A stretch of 64,000 nucleotides of DNA. It comes from Callorhinchus milii. Its lineage: Eukaryota. A program made the position numbers and the translations under genes. The notes below the pieces were generated by a model. The model had not been told where the DNA came from and made no database searches. It worked only from the letters and a program-made list of their open reading frames with translations. The DNA lies in the NCBI RefSeq assembly GCF_018977255.1, contig NW_024704781.1, positions 620,001-684,000 of the forward strand, read 5' to 3'. Shown piece by piece: positions 34,946 to 49,238 of the stretch; position 1 is the stretch's first letter, and each line of letters begins with the position of its first letter.

Positions 34946-37900
34946 ATGGAACAAACAACGTTGTATGCAATAATTGCTATTTACTACCCAATTCTTGTAG
35001 CATTTGGAATTCCAGGTAAGTCTAATTGGTCGCAATGTTAGCAATAATTTATAGGTTACTCCACTGGGTGACAGAAGACATTTTATAAAAAGTGACATAT
35101 CGGGTTATTCATGTCCGTAGAGAAATATGTATATATTTATCGAATGACATTATAATGCAATGCACATAGGAGCAAATGTAGCAGGGAGTAGAGGTACAAT
35201 GCCCCCAAACTATGGAACACTGTCCGTCATTCCCATTGCCTTGCCGTCTCTCTCCCCTCGTTAAACTCCCGCCTGTAAACTTTTCTGTTCGACTGTGATT
35301 ACGCCTACACTCACCGTCCGCCCGGATCGCAGTCAGGCTCCGCTACTGTTAAGCTCTGAGACGCCACCTTGCGTGGAGTGCTCTTTATAATTGCAAGTTG
35401 TTGTTGGTGGTGTTGTTATAATCTACAGGAATCGTTGTTCCCTCACAAAGCCTTCTATTTCCCTCTCACTCGGGTGAAGGTCTATTTTCCACTTGAAGGC
35501 ATCTAATACAATCATCGATTCAGGCAACAGCTTCCACATGCTCCTGCCATCTGCAGTTCTTTGTCATTTGAATTTCCGATCCTGTCATCGCTATCCTGTG
35601 TCCCCTGGTAACGGACTCCCCATAAAGTTTCATCAGCTTCCCAAATCGACATGACGTGATAGATCCCGGTCTATCTATCCTATCCGACATCCCTGACCAG
35701 AATCGCTCGATCTTAGCTTTTCTGCAGTACCCACCGTTTTTGACGATATAGTTCACACAGGACGTGGAGTCGGAAACGGAAGCAATACACCTACCTTTGT
35801 ACAAATCATTGCTTAGGCCGCAACTGGAGATTTCCATTCAGCCTTGTGCATCTCTTTTTAGGAAATAAGTCAAGGAATTGGAGAGTTGAGAGAAGCTTTT
35901 CAAGAATGTCACTGGGGATGATGGACTTTTATAATGAGGAATGATTGGACAAGTTGGCTCTAGTTTTATTGGAGCAGATAAGGTCGATAAGGGACATTAT
36001 AGAGGCATAAAAATATGTAGGATTTTGAGAGGATATACAGTGAGAATTTTTTTCACCATTGGAATGTCGCCGCCTCGTTGTCAAGTTATGTTAGTTCGAA
36101 GAAGAAGGAAATATGGAGGTTTGGTTATTTTATTACTCAGAATATTGTTGGAATGTGGAATGCCCTGCCTATAAGGTAATAGAGGCATAGCCCAGTTTGG
36201 GATTAAAGAGGAAAGTAGATGCGTTTGTAAAAAAGAGCCTAATAATGGTATAAGGATATTTGGGGCAGTAAAACCGAAAGCAAATTATCCCCTGGAAGAC
36301 CCTATGGACCGAATGTACTCCTTTGTGTGGTACAGTCTCCGATTTTATTTGGACTCCACTGAATCGAAATAAATCTGGAATCTGATATAATATTTGTAAC
36401 TTTTAATCCAGTTAAATTGTTATTGAAAGGAACTGATTAATTTTGGATCTGAAAAGTAAAATTGAGTCCTATTGCTGGAGCTATGTGGCAAAAGCTCCAC
36501 GCTTCAAATAATTTCGAAAACTATAATACTGTTTTAGGCTGTGATGGATTATTTATATAATCTAGTGATTCAGTGTTTACTATGGATGATAAATAATTAC
36601 CCCTATTTACAAGATTGTTGTTTTCTTGATTTTTGTATATTTCACCTCTTCTAAAATTTATGTAATCCATCTGATTTTACAAATGCTGTCGAAAATAACA
36701 AATGTTAAAATCATCTCTTTTCACTTTGGGAATTGTAAGGGAGACTGATGGACACCACCAATGCAGTGGTGGAAAAGAAAATGAAGGTAATCTTAAAACT
36801 GAGAACATAGATCCAGTCGAATTGGTATTGATTCCACTGGAACGTGCGCAGACCCATCTCGACACAACTCCAACATTTCAAAGTTACATGTTTCTCAGAG
36901 ATAGCCTCCACCCTTCGTAGGCTGCGAGTGATCTTTGACGAGGCACTTTCGCCAAAGGAAAATAATGGATATGGATAGCTAATGGGAAGGAATTCTGTTT
37001 TTTAGTCTTAACCTAACCGGACGCCAATGAACGCGTTTATCTCTCTCTGAGTCCACTATTTCAAATCTGCGCGCAAGGACACAATTACTCAATTCCTAGA
37101 TGGGAGGATGAAATCGGACACAGGGTCCGAGCGAGGGAATGTCATCAGAATCTGAATTTTTCAGGAAATTTCTCTTTGGAAGTAATTGAAACGGTTCAAA
37201 GTAAGCTCTGCCGAACATAACGTAGATTTACATTTCTAATCAAACTAAATTATGTGAATGAATAATGTTCTCGTGCAATGATTAATGATCATTTGAAGAT
37301 GTTTCTTTGCGCTTTACGTGATTGATTTCCTGTAAACTGCACTAACTGTATTTTGTTTGAAAATTTTTGAAACAATTCAAACAAAGCGCAACCAAATATG
37401 ACACAGCTTTACATTTTTAACATCATTTTTATTCATATTAATTAGGTTTTCTGTTTTTATTGCTTCTCGCAGTTAATTTGCTGGCGATTGCGGTCCTGTC
37501 AAGAGGAAAGTGTGGTCTCTCCAAGTGCATCACTCGCTATTTGGTAGCCATGGCAGTGGCTGATCTCCTGGTTGTCTTTGTAGATGTGTTGTTGAACAAA
37601 ATTAACAATCTCTATTTCCCATTAAATATCTTATTCTACACTCCACTGTGCAGTGTTAGAGTTGTGTGGCTGAGTGTAGCTCTCCACAGCTCTCTATGGT
37701 TCACTATTGCTTTCACTTTCGATCGTTTTGTAGCCATTTGCTGCCAAAAGCTGAAACCAAAATATTGCACTGAGAGGATGGCCACAGTAGTTATTGTAAT
37801 TCTATCTATTTTCATCTGCGCAATAAGCATTCCTTGGTATTTTATATTTGATCCTTATGTTATAATTAACAATACTCCATGGTACTGTGTCTTCAAATCA

Positions 37901-38383
37901 AGCTTTCATACCATGGGCACCTGGAAAGCATTTGAAAGGCTTCACCGTATTGTTGCTCCCATGTTTGGCTTTTCTTTCGTTTGCCTGTTTAACACTCTGA
38001 CTATAAGGCACATTATGATGACTAACGAAGTCCGCAGGAGGCTTCGCGATCAGAGAAATGCTGAGAAAACAATTGATCCAGAGTTAGAAAACCGAAGAAA
38101 ATCCGTCATTTTACTCTTCGCCATATCGGGCAGTCTTATACTGCTGTGGATAACTTTTGTCACATATTCCTTCAAATGGCAACTTTCTAATTATAATTAC
38201 ACCGCAACGTATGTCAATAATATGCGGTATGTTGTGCAAGAAACCGGAGTCATGCTTCAAAGGTTAAGTTGCTGTTCCAACACTTGTATTTATGCCTTAA
38301 CTCAGACTAAATTCAGAGAGGAGCTCAGGAAAGGAATCGTTTATCCATTTCATATCATTGCTAAATTCATAAAGTTAAGGTAA
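34946..38383 (+). CDS. GPR139/142-like GPCR, copy 2 (exons 34946-35015 + 37473-38383; 326 aa)
   Basis: Exon 1 MEQTTLYAIIAIYYPILVAFGIP; canonical splice sites; open exon 2. Confidence 0.92.
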
Positions 38384-41300
38384 GACTTGACTTCGCACAT
38401 TGTAGAACTTCAGGAATCAGAGTGAATGCATCCACAAAAAGGGAAGTCTGATAACATGATGAACCAATCCGCATTATGCATTTGTTGTTTCCAAATAAGA
38501 AGAGATGTTTGACTGTATATTGAAAGACAAACTGTCACAAATAAGTTACGAAAGGTGTTTCAGCTTAACGTCCTCTCCTTCACGGAAGTGTTGAAAACTC
38601 GTTATTCCGAAGCATTTTATTTGTTGTGTGAATAAATATCTAAAAAGAACAACAGCCTGGCCCCTTCATGAGGAGCTTTCCATCGTGCTTCTTTCAAATA
38701 AAAATGGAAATCACATTTGATGTCACGATTTTCACTTTTTCCAGACGTCGCTATGCGTTTCTCAGAATATGTTGTGAAGTGAATTGAATTTCTATGTGTG
38801 GGCGAAAGGCGGCAGTGATTGTGCATATCAGGATCTCATACACAGTCGTGAATTGAGTGACCAATTGTTGTTGCTTTTTTTTTTGGAGCGATTATTATCC
38901 CCGAAAATACCAAAAAGATTCCTATTGCTACCATGTAAACAGAGGCTGGGTGGCTTGAGGAATAGAAGAGTGTGTGAGTGATGGAATTAGGTGTGGATGC
39001 TGGGTAGGTTGAGTTGAGGGTCTGTTGCTGGAGGGTTGTTCCTTCTGTCCTCCCAACTTTGTCAGCAAACCCTTGAAGCGCTTTTTAGGCGTCCGCTTGG
39101 CGTGAAAAGCTCCAAATCAAATCAAAGGATCATAAAATACAACAAAATATTTCATTCGTACAGCGCTTTTCACAGCGGGATGATGTCCCAATGCCGAATT
39201 ATTACTGCTTTAATGAAATAGAAAAACACATAAACTTTCAGATTTTAAGGATTTATTTCGCAGCTAATCACGTATAATATTTGGTTTGGCGTTTTACCTC
39301 TTTCAATGTTTTGAGGAAAATTTACAGAACAAGTATTAAGATGGTCGCTGTTGGTAACACAGAAAACCCTGCTCAGAAGCACATTTGGTCTGTCGCCACT
39401 GAAGCCTGTTGTTCCCTCAGAACTTATATTTGCATATCTCACATTTGAAACCATTTCCAGCTCTCTCCCCAGTTGGAGCATCAGAATTGCGAGACAATAC
39501 AAGACCAGGATCCACCAGTTCATATCCATCCATCCCCAATGTCCTGTCCGTAAATGTATACTGTCTCCCAAGATATAATTTCCTAAAATAAATATATCTG
39601 ATTTGAAGGAATCAACACTTTCTTCTTCAACCATCTCCCAAGGAAGCCAGTTTCACATCGTTACTGTTCTCTCAATGAAACTATGTTGAAGGCTTGTTTT
39701 GAAGATCAATTGCAGGCAATGTCCTCTGTTTTGCCGACCAATCTATACGCCTACTGCCATTACCATTCCGGAGATTCCAGTGATGCGAAAGTGTGGAAAA
39801 CAGTGAACTGATGACAAAGTGAGATAGAGAGAGAGAGAGAGAGGGATGGGTCTCTGGTCAACGTGCTGACAGTGTGGAAGAGAAAGTAGAGGTGAAATGT
39901 CTTCACAGGGGACGCGTCTCTTCACCAGATGCCTTCAGAGGAGGACTTTAAGTGATTCCTGCTTTCTTTTCAACTTTTCATTGCATTTGGCTTGGATTAA
40001 GACACATTCAGTGCATAAATTGCTAACGTTGAATATTGCTATTAAATTCAGTAGCGTCATTGGTCTTGCTGAGGTTTGAATAATCCTGTTTCTAAACCAG
40101 ACAGCCCCACGGTTCTCCGTGGCACTGTTTATGATAGCCCAGCTCACATGTACAATTGCCTTCATCAGATCTAGGCTCAATTACGTTATCTATCTGCTTC
40201 TAGGCCTTTCCAACACTTCTCACCACAAGATCATCCAGAACTTTACAGCCCGTCTCCTCTCCCACACCAGACTCCATGAAAACAACAGCAAGAACAAGAT
40301 TGCATTTGTATTGCACCATTGAAGTAGGGAGGACGTCCCTAGGCGCTGGACATTGTACAGCATTTCAGACCCGAGCTGAGGTACAGGGGCAGAAGGGAAG
40401 GGAGGGCATGATGGATGGCCAATGGCATGGTCGAAGAGGAAGGTTTTGAGGCGGGATTTGAAGGAGGGAAACGATGGGCGAGACTGAATAATTGGGAATG
40501 GAGTACCAGAAGTTGGTGACAGAGTGGCTGAAGGCTCTCCCGTCAATATTGTGGCGGGTGGACCGTGGACGTGAAGCAGGCAAGAGAGAGGCTAACCGGA
40601 GAAAGCGGGCGGGTTGCTAGGATATTTCGTGGTCACTGGGACAGGCTGGGGCGAGACCATTGAGGGCTTTGTATGTGAGGACCAGGATTTTCAACTGGAT
40701 CCTCTGAAGAATAGGGAGCCAATGGAGTCGGGCGAGAGTGAGGGAGATGGGGCACGGAAATTGGTGCGGGAGGGGGGCACGGGCTGCAGAGTTCTGGATT
40801 ATATGCTGCCTGTAGAGGGAGGAGTTGGGAAAGCCGACAAGCAGGCCGTTTGCATAGTCGAGCCTTTCGGTAGTGAAGGCATGAACAAGGGTTTCACGGG
40901 CATGAGGGTTGACGTCGTGGCCGAGTCGGGCGACACCATCATCAATACCATCACCTGGCTCCACTGGCTGCCCAACCCCAGAGGGTCGAGTTCAAAATCC
41001 CCCTCCCCGTCTTCAAGGCCCTACATGGCCTGGACACTCCCTGCTTCTGCGATATGCTGAACTCAGATCAACATGCCAGATTTCTCCGCTCAGCAGGTTG
41101 TGGCCTGGTCCTCGTCTCCCTCATGGCACATTGCATTACCAGTGCTGTCCCTTCAGCCATTCTTCTTCCACGCTGTGGAATTCCATCCCACATTGCCTTT
41201 GCCTCGCTCCCTCCCTTGACTTAGTAAAGATAATTAGACTTCTCAAAACACTTCTCTTCGAACGAGCCTTCGATCATCCTCCTACCATCCTTGCGCTACA

Positions 41301-42930
41301 TCCTCCCCGATTCCGACTCCTAGCTCTGGTCCAAACCCCAAATATGCATCGCTTTGGGACGTCAGTCTGACGTGAAATGAGCTTTACAAATGTAATTTTG
41401 CATTCTATGAAGTGGCAAATCAGTTATTGGGTGTAGTGACTCTTTGTTTCAGCACCCGTTAACCCTGCTAAATAAAGAGCTAAATTCTACGATGGTCCTT
41501 CTTGGATTTGCCTCGGGAAAGCAGTGCTTTGCATTTCAATTTGTTAGTTGTTTAATTTCTAGGAACACATGGATTCGCACTGTTTGTTTTTTGTCAACTT
41601 GCATCTGATTCGCGTCCTGCGGTTTAATGTAAGCCCATTCCAAATACAGGTTCTTTCCACCTGTAGATGGCATGAGACTCGTAATTTGGTTTCGAACATT
41701 GTAATCATATTGATGATGTTCAGAAATACGGCAGTCGCCCAGAAGTGTTCCTACAGAGTGGATAGTGATGGAAATATTTTCCAAAATATTCTAAAAGTTG
41801 GGGTTGTCAAAATATATTCTTGGAATAGATACAATGCTTCCACAGCATGATACAATTAGTGAATCAAACAAATGCAATGGAATCGTTTCATCCCCTTTGG
41901 TGGGGAACGTAGAGCCACATCAAGGTCTCTTCTCCGTGTGGCTTAAGTCGGGGAAAATGGACTCCAGAAAAAAAAAGTATGTATTGCTGTGCTGATCAGG
42001 AAAATTGCGTACCCTGCCATAGAAAATGTTTTTGGCAATGTTTGGCAAGCTGCTCGCTTCATATCCTGCTTGGACCACTCAACCGATTAGGACTTCGGGT
42101 TTGTTGAGATTATGCTTGTTCCCAATAAATAGCTCTCGACTGTCCAGCGAAGTTGGATAGCCTCCAGAATTGAAATCCGATCTGTTGTTTTTAGAGATGA
42201 GCCAGGCTGGCTGGTCTGTCATCAGCTGCACCCTTCAGTAATGACAAGCAAACTGACTCCCTACCAAGAGAACCAAGATCACCAAATTCGATTGATTTGC
42301 TTCTGATATTCAGTTGCCAAGCGTCTGGCCTTGGTGTCAGCTCAGACTCGAGGACACATCGCTTCCAAATTAAGCAGTTTCTATTTATGGATTCCTAACC
42401 CTATCCGCGCAGCATGCAATTGTAAAGTACGTTGCATGCGTGGCGGCGTTTCTAAGCCATTATTAATGCTTCAACTTAAGAATAAATTTGTGAACAAAGA
42501 GTAAGAGTTGATTGATCATTTACGGTTTGCTACCTCAGCATCAAAACCGTTTCCATGAAACATAATTTTATGGAATAGAAACCAAACGCTGAGAAATGTC
42601 TCACCAGAGTGAGCAAAATTTCCATGTTTGCAGATGATGCAAAGCTAGGAAACGAAGTAAACGGTGAAGCGGATAGTAGCAGACTGCAGGATATCTTGAC
42701 AGACTGGTGGAGTGGGCAGATACATGGCAGATGAACCGTAATGTGGCAGAATAAGAAGTGATGCATTTTGTGTACCAGAAAGAGAAGGATAAGATAAGCT
42801 AAATGGTGCATTTTTTAGGGGCTGCAGGAGCTGAGAGAGCTGGGGAATTACATCAATAACTCTTGAAGGTGCTGGGAAAGCCAGATACAGCTATTCGAAA
42901 AAGCACACAGGAACCTTGGCTTTAAAAAAT

Positions 42931-43796
42931 CACGTCAGCGCCTCCGCACCTCAGGCGCTGACAGCATCAGCATCCAAGGCTGCACTCTCAGCCTCTCAAA
43001 GCCAGTCAGGAACCTTGCTGTTCTGTTCGACCCTGAATTGTCCTTTCTCCATCATATCCGCGCCGCAACTGGCACCGCCTTTCATCACCTCCGGAATATA
43101 GCCAGACAACGGCACTACCTCACCCCTCACGCGGCTGAAACTCTGGTCCATGCCTTTATCACCTCAAGGCTGGACTATGGGAACTCTCTCCTCGCCGGCC
43201 TTCCCGCCACCTCCCTCCACACTGCGGGTCATTCAGAACTCTGCAGCTCGTGTACTGTCCCGCACCAGACACCGCACCCACATCACTCCCACCCTCACCC
43301 TCGCCCTCACCCTCACCCTCGCTCGCCTCCACTGGCTCCCAATCCCCCAGAGGATCGATTTCAAGGTCCTCATCCTCACCTACAAGGCCATTCACGGTCT
43401 TGTTCCCTCCTACGTCTCTGGCCTACTATCCCCCTACCTAACTGCCCGTATCATCCGTTCCTCTGGCTCCGGTCTGCTCCATATCCCCCGCCCCAACCCC
43501 CCTACCATCGGTAGCCGGGCCTTCAGCCTCTCAGCCCCGAGGCTCTGGAACTCTATCCCCCAGTGCCTTCGCCGCTTCCTCCCTTTCCTCCTTCAAGGCT
43601 GGTCTCATGACCTTTCTCTTTGATCGCGCCTTCAGCTCCCCTCTGGACTCTCTTCCCCCGCATCGCTCCCACCCTTCCCTCCCCTCACCCTGACCATTTC
43701 CCCCCTGCTCGGGTCCTGACCCAACTGTACATCGCCTTGGGACGTCCTCCCGACGTGAAAAGCACTCTATAAATGGAATCTTGTTGTTGTTGTTGT
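42931..43796 (+). mobile_element. 5'-truncated L2 in unit U2
   Basis: Duplicate of 32046-32939 with diagnostic indels. Confidence 0.9.
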
Positions 43797-45801
43797 AATT
43801 CATACAGAAGTAAGGAGGTAAGGATGAAACTTTGCAAAATCTTGGTTGGGACACAGTTAGAGGACTTTGTCCAATTCTGGGCACAACTCATTAGGAACGA
43901 TGTCAAGGCATTGGAGAGGGTGTAAATATAATGTACCTGGATGGCACCAGGAAGGAGGGACTTTAATCGTATGAAGAAACTGGAGAAGCTAGGATTCTCC
44001 TTCTTGTAGCAGAGAAGACTAAGAGGAGATTCAATAGAGGAGTTCAATTTATCAGGAGATTTGATCTGGTGAACAGCCGAAAATGTTTGTGGGTGGGTTG
44101 CACCAGAGGCTCTGAAGGTTAATAAAAGAACTAGTGCGGAGATGACAAGAACTTTTCCACAGAATTTTCAGACTTTCATTTATAACAATGCTTTGAAGTA
44201 AAGACTGGCACAAATATTAGATAAGAATATAGATGTTTATTAATTAAGATTAGTAATGGTATTGGTAGTTAAAATAATATGACAAAGTAATGTTTACGCA
44301 TCCATGTATGGTTCACAACGGTTAAGATCGTACAACCCAAATTTTGAGAAAGTGGTGGAGGACTAATATCCGATTTAATGTAAGATTTATTGTCCTATTC
44401 ATTGTCTGATTTAGTTTAGGATTTAACGGCAAAATTAGTGTCCATTTTACTGTCCGATTTAATCCACCAAATGGTATCCATTTACAGATGTATTATTTTC
44501 CGCTTGAGACCGTCGACAAAGTTGTTGACATTCTTCTAAGTCTTAGTCTTGATTTTCCATCTTTAGAAGTAGGAATATGGACAGCGACTCCAAGTTCCAG
44601 CTCCTTGCCGTTTCTGATTCTGTTCCCGAACCGATCAGTTTTTTATCGAAGAACCCAATATGACCCGCTCAGCCTTGTATCCTCCTCCGAAACAAAATCC
44701 TCGTCTGCTATGACCTCTCCTTTCCTGTTATCACAACTTACATTCTTGCATTTAACACAAACACACTTGGTCACGACAAAGATTTTCTCGCCAGATTATC
44801 GTGTTTCTCCTTATAAGTTAAAGGCAATACAGAACTTTACCGATTATGTCCTTTTCCACACAAGGCTCCACAAGCCTTCAACTGCACCTATCTGTTTCCG
44901 TTTGCTCTCCAAACCCCAGAAAATTGATTTCAAGAATCTATTCCTCACGCTCAATACACTCATACTCCTTTCTGAATTTACTACTGTGACCTCTTCAAAC
45001 AAAAATAATCCGGCTGCTCTCATCACACACTAAGCCTCGCCACCATTTGTGATTCCACCCGACTTGTCCCACCTTTAGTGATCGGGTTTTCGGACAATCT
45101 GCCTGTCCACTCTCTGTAACTCATTCTCAGAGTGCCTAAAGCCCAAACTGGCGGGCGATTTGTTAATGAATATTGATGTTGTTACTGTTTTTGAAAGCAG
45201 GACTTGCTCGATCACACATCATTTTCATGATTCGTATCAAGACCTTCCCCGTCCACCACGCTCATGCTCATCTTTCCCGTTCACACCCCTTCCTCGGGTC
45301 TCAATATTCCACGCTCAAGTATGTGACTGTTAACTATTTTTACTTTACACAATCCCATTCACTACCCCGCGTGAAAATAGCTTCACAGAAGCATTTTATA
45401 CATGCAAGAAACACTGAATTTTCAGCGCCCTGGAACGTCTTTCCGACGTGAAACGCACTATAAAAGTGTACGTTTTTGTTGCTCTTTTGTTCTTGTTGTA
45501 CGTCCTGTGAAATGTTTTCAATATTTTTATTCCTATCTTTCTGTTTTTATTTTATTCTACGCTTAATTTTTTGCGTATTTTTATGTATCTTGTTTTTAAT
45601 TCACAATACAAATTTATTCCGAGTATTACATATGCAATTCTCAAGTGAATACATTATCTTGTTTGTTCATATGTCTGGAACTAATTGCATTCATGATGCA
45701 AGATGTAGATTCGTGTTCCCTATAAGTACAAATTTATTTCAATGTAACGGCATTGTGTTCATTGAAGTCTCTGCCTTCAGCAACAATATGTAAAACAGAG
45801 C

Positions 45802-48800
45802 ATGGAACAAACAACGTTGTATGCAATAATTGCTATTTACTACCCCATGCTTGCAGCATTTGGAATTCCTGGTAAGTCTACTTGGTCGCAATGTTAGCAA
45901 TAATTTATAGGTTACTCCACTGGGTGACAGAAGACATTTTATAAAAAGTGACATATCGGGTTATTCATGTCCGTAGAGAAATATGTATATATTTATCGAA
46001 TGACATTATAATGCAATGCACATAGGAGCAAATGTAGCAGGGAGTAGAGGTACCATGCCCCCAAACTATGGAACACTGTCCGTCATTCCCATTGCCTTGC
46101 CGTCTCTCTCCCCTCGTTAAAGTCCCGCCTGTAAACTTTTCTGTTCCACTGTGATTACGCCTACACTCACCGTCCGCCCGGATCGCAGTCAGGCTCCGCT
46201 ACTGTTAAGCTCTGAGACGCCACCTTGCGTGGAGTGCTCTTTATAATTGCAAGTTGTTGTTGGTGGTGTTGTTATAATCTACAGGAATCGTTGTTCCCTC
46301 ACAAAGCCTTCTATTTCCCTCTCACTCGGGTGAAGGTCTATTTTCCACTTGAAGGCATCTAATACAATCATCGATTCAGGCAACAGCTTCCACATGCTCC
46401 TGCCATCTGCAGTTCTTTGTCATTTGAATTTCCGATCCTGTCATCGCTATCCTGTGTCCCCTGGTAACGGACTCCCCATAAAGTTTCATCAGCTTCCCAA
46501 ATCGACATGACGTGATAGATCCCGGTCTATCTATCCTATCCGACATCCCTGACCAGAATCGCTCGATCTTAGCTTTTCTGCAGTACCCACCGTTTTTGAC
46601 GATATAGTTCACACAGGACGTGGAGTCGGAAACGGAAGCAATACACCTACCTTTGTACAAATCATTGCTTAGGCCGCAACTGGAGATTTCCATTCAGCCT
46701 TGTGCATCTCTTTTTAGGAAATAAGTCAAGGAATTGGAGAGTTGAGAGAAGCTTTTCAAGAATGTCACTGGGGATGATGGACTTTTATAATGAGGAATGA
46801 TTGGACAAGTTGGCTCTAGTTTTATTGGAGCAGATAAGGTCGATAAGGGACATTATAGAGGCATAAAAATATGTAGGATTTTGAGAGGATATACAGTGAG
46901 AATTTTTTTCACCATTGGAATGTCGCCGCCTCGTTGTCAAGTTATGTTAGTTCGAAGAAGAAGGAAATATGGAGGTTTGGTTATTTTATTACTCAGAATA
47001 TTGTTGGAATGTGGAATGCCCTGCCTATAAGGTAATAGAGGCATAGCCCAGTTTGGGATTAAAGAGGAAAGTAGATGCGTTTGTAAAAAAGAGCCTAATA
47101 ATGGTATAAGGATATTTGGGGCAGTAAAACCGAAAGCAAATTATCCCCTGGAAGACCCTATGGACCGAATGCACTCCTTTGTGTGGTACAGTCTCCGATT
47201 TTATTTGACTCCACTGAATCGAAATAAATCTGGAATCTGATATAATATTTGTAACTTTTAATCCAGTTAAATTGTTATTGAAAGGAACTGATTAATTTTG
47301 GATCTGAAAAGTAAAATTGAGTCCTATTGCTGGAGCTATGTGGCAAAAGCTCCACGCTTCAAATAATTTCGAAAACTATAATACTGTTTTAGGCTGTGAT
47401 GGATTATTTATATAATCTAGTGATTCAGTGTTTACTATGGATGATAAATAATTACCCCTATTTACAAGATTGTTGTTTTCTTGATTTTTGTATATTTCAC
47501 CTCTTCTAAAATTTATGTAATCCATCTGATTTTACAAATGCTGTCGAAAATAACAAATGTTAAAATCATCTCTTTTCACTTTGGGAATTGTAAGGGAGAC
47601 TGATGGACACCACCAATGCAGTGGTGGAAAAGAAAATGAAGGTAATCTTAAAACTGAGAACATAGATCCAGTCGAATTGGTATTGATTCCACTGGAACGT
47701 GCGCAGACCCATCTCGACACAACTCCAACATTTCAAAGTTACATGTTTCTCAGAGATAGCCTCCACCCTTCGTAGGCTGCGAGTGATCTTTGACGAGGCA
47801 CTTTCGCCAAAGGAAAATAATGGATATGGATAGCTAATGGGAAGGAATTCTGTTTTTTAGTCTTAACCTAACCGGACGCCAATGAACGCGTTTATCTCTC
47901 TCTGAGTCCACTATTTCAAATCTGCGCGCAAGGACACAATTACTCAATTCCTAGATGGGAGGATGAAATCGGACACAGGCTCCGAGCGAGGGAATGTCAT
48001 CAGAATCTGAATTTTTCAGGAAATTTCTCTTTGGAAGTAATTGAAACGGTTCAAAGTAAGCTCTGCCGATCATAACGTAGATTTACATTTCTAATCAAAC
48101 TAAATTATGTGAATGAATAATGTTCTCGTGCAATGATTAATGATCATTTGAAGATGTTTCTTTGCGCTTTACGTGATTGATTTCCTGTAAACTGCACTAA
48201 CTGTATTTTGTTTGAAAATTTTTGAAACAATTCAAACAAAGCGCAACCAAATATGACACAGCTTTACATTTTTAACATCATTTTTATTCATATTAATTAG
48301 GTTTTCTGTTTTTATTGTGTCTCGCAGTTAATTTGCTGGCGATTGCGGTCCTGTCAAGAGGAAAGTGTGGTCTCTCCAAGTGCATCACTCGCTATTTGGT
48401 AGCCATGGCAGTGGCTGATCTCCTGGTTGTCTTTGTAGATGTGTTGTTGAACAAAATTAACAATCTCTATTTCCCATTAAATATCTTATTCTACACTCCA
48501 CTGTGCAGTGTTAGAGTTGTGTGGGCGAGTGTAGCTCTCCACAGCTCTCTATGGTTCACTATTGCTTTCACTTTTGATCGTTTTGTAGCCATTTGCTGCC
48601 AAAAGCTGAAACCAAAATATTGCACTGAGAGGATGGCCACAGTAGTTATTGTAATTCTATCTATTTTCATCTGCGCAATAAGCATTCCTTGGTATTTTAT
48701 ATTTGATCCTTATGTTATAATTAACAATACTCCATGGTACTGTGTCTTCAAATCAAGCTTTCATACCATGGGCACCTGGAAAGCATTTGAAAGGCTTCAC

Positions 48801-49238
48801 CGTATTGTTGCTCCCATGTTTGGCTTTTCTTTCGTTTGCCTGTTTAACACTCTGACTATAAGGCACATTATGATGACTAACGAAGTCCGCAGGAGGCTTC
48901 GCGATCAGAGAAATGCTGAGAAAACAATTGATCCAGAGTTAGAAAACCGAAGAAAATCCGTCATTTTACTCTTCGCCATATCGGGCAGTCTTATACTGCT
49001 GTGGATAACTTTTGTCACATATTCCTTCAAATGGCAACTTTCTAATTATAATTACACCGCAACGTATGTCAATAATATGCGGTATGTTGTGCAAGAAACC
49101 GGAGTCATGCTTCAAAGGTTAAGTTGCTGTTCCAACACTTGTATTTATGCCTTAACTCAGACTAAATTCAGAGAGGAGCTCAGGAAAGGAATCGTTTATC
49201 CATTTCATATCATTGCTAAATTCATAAAGTTAAGGTAA
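45802..49238 (+). CDS. GPR139/142-like GPCR, copy 3 (exons 45802-45871 + 48328-49238; 326 aa)
   Basis: Exon 1 MEQTTLYAIIAIYYPMLAAFGIP; canonical splice sites; open exon 2. Confidence 0.92.
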
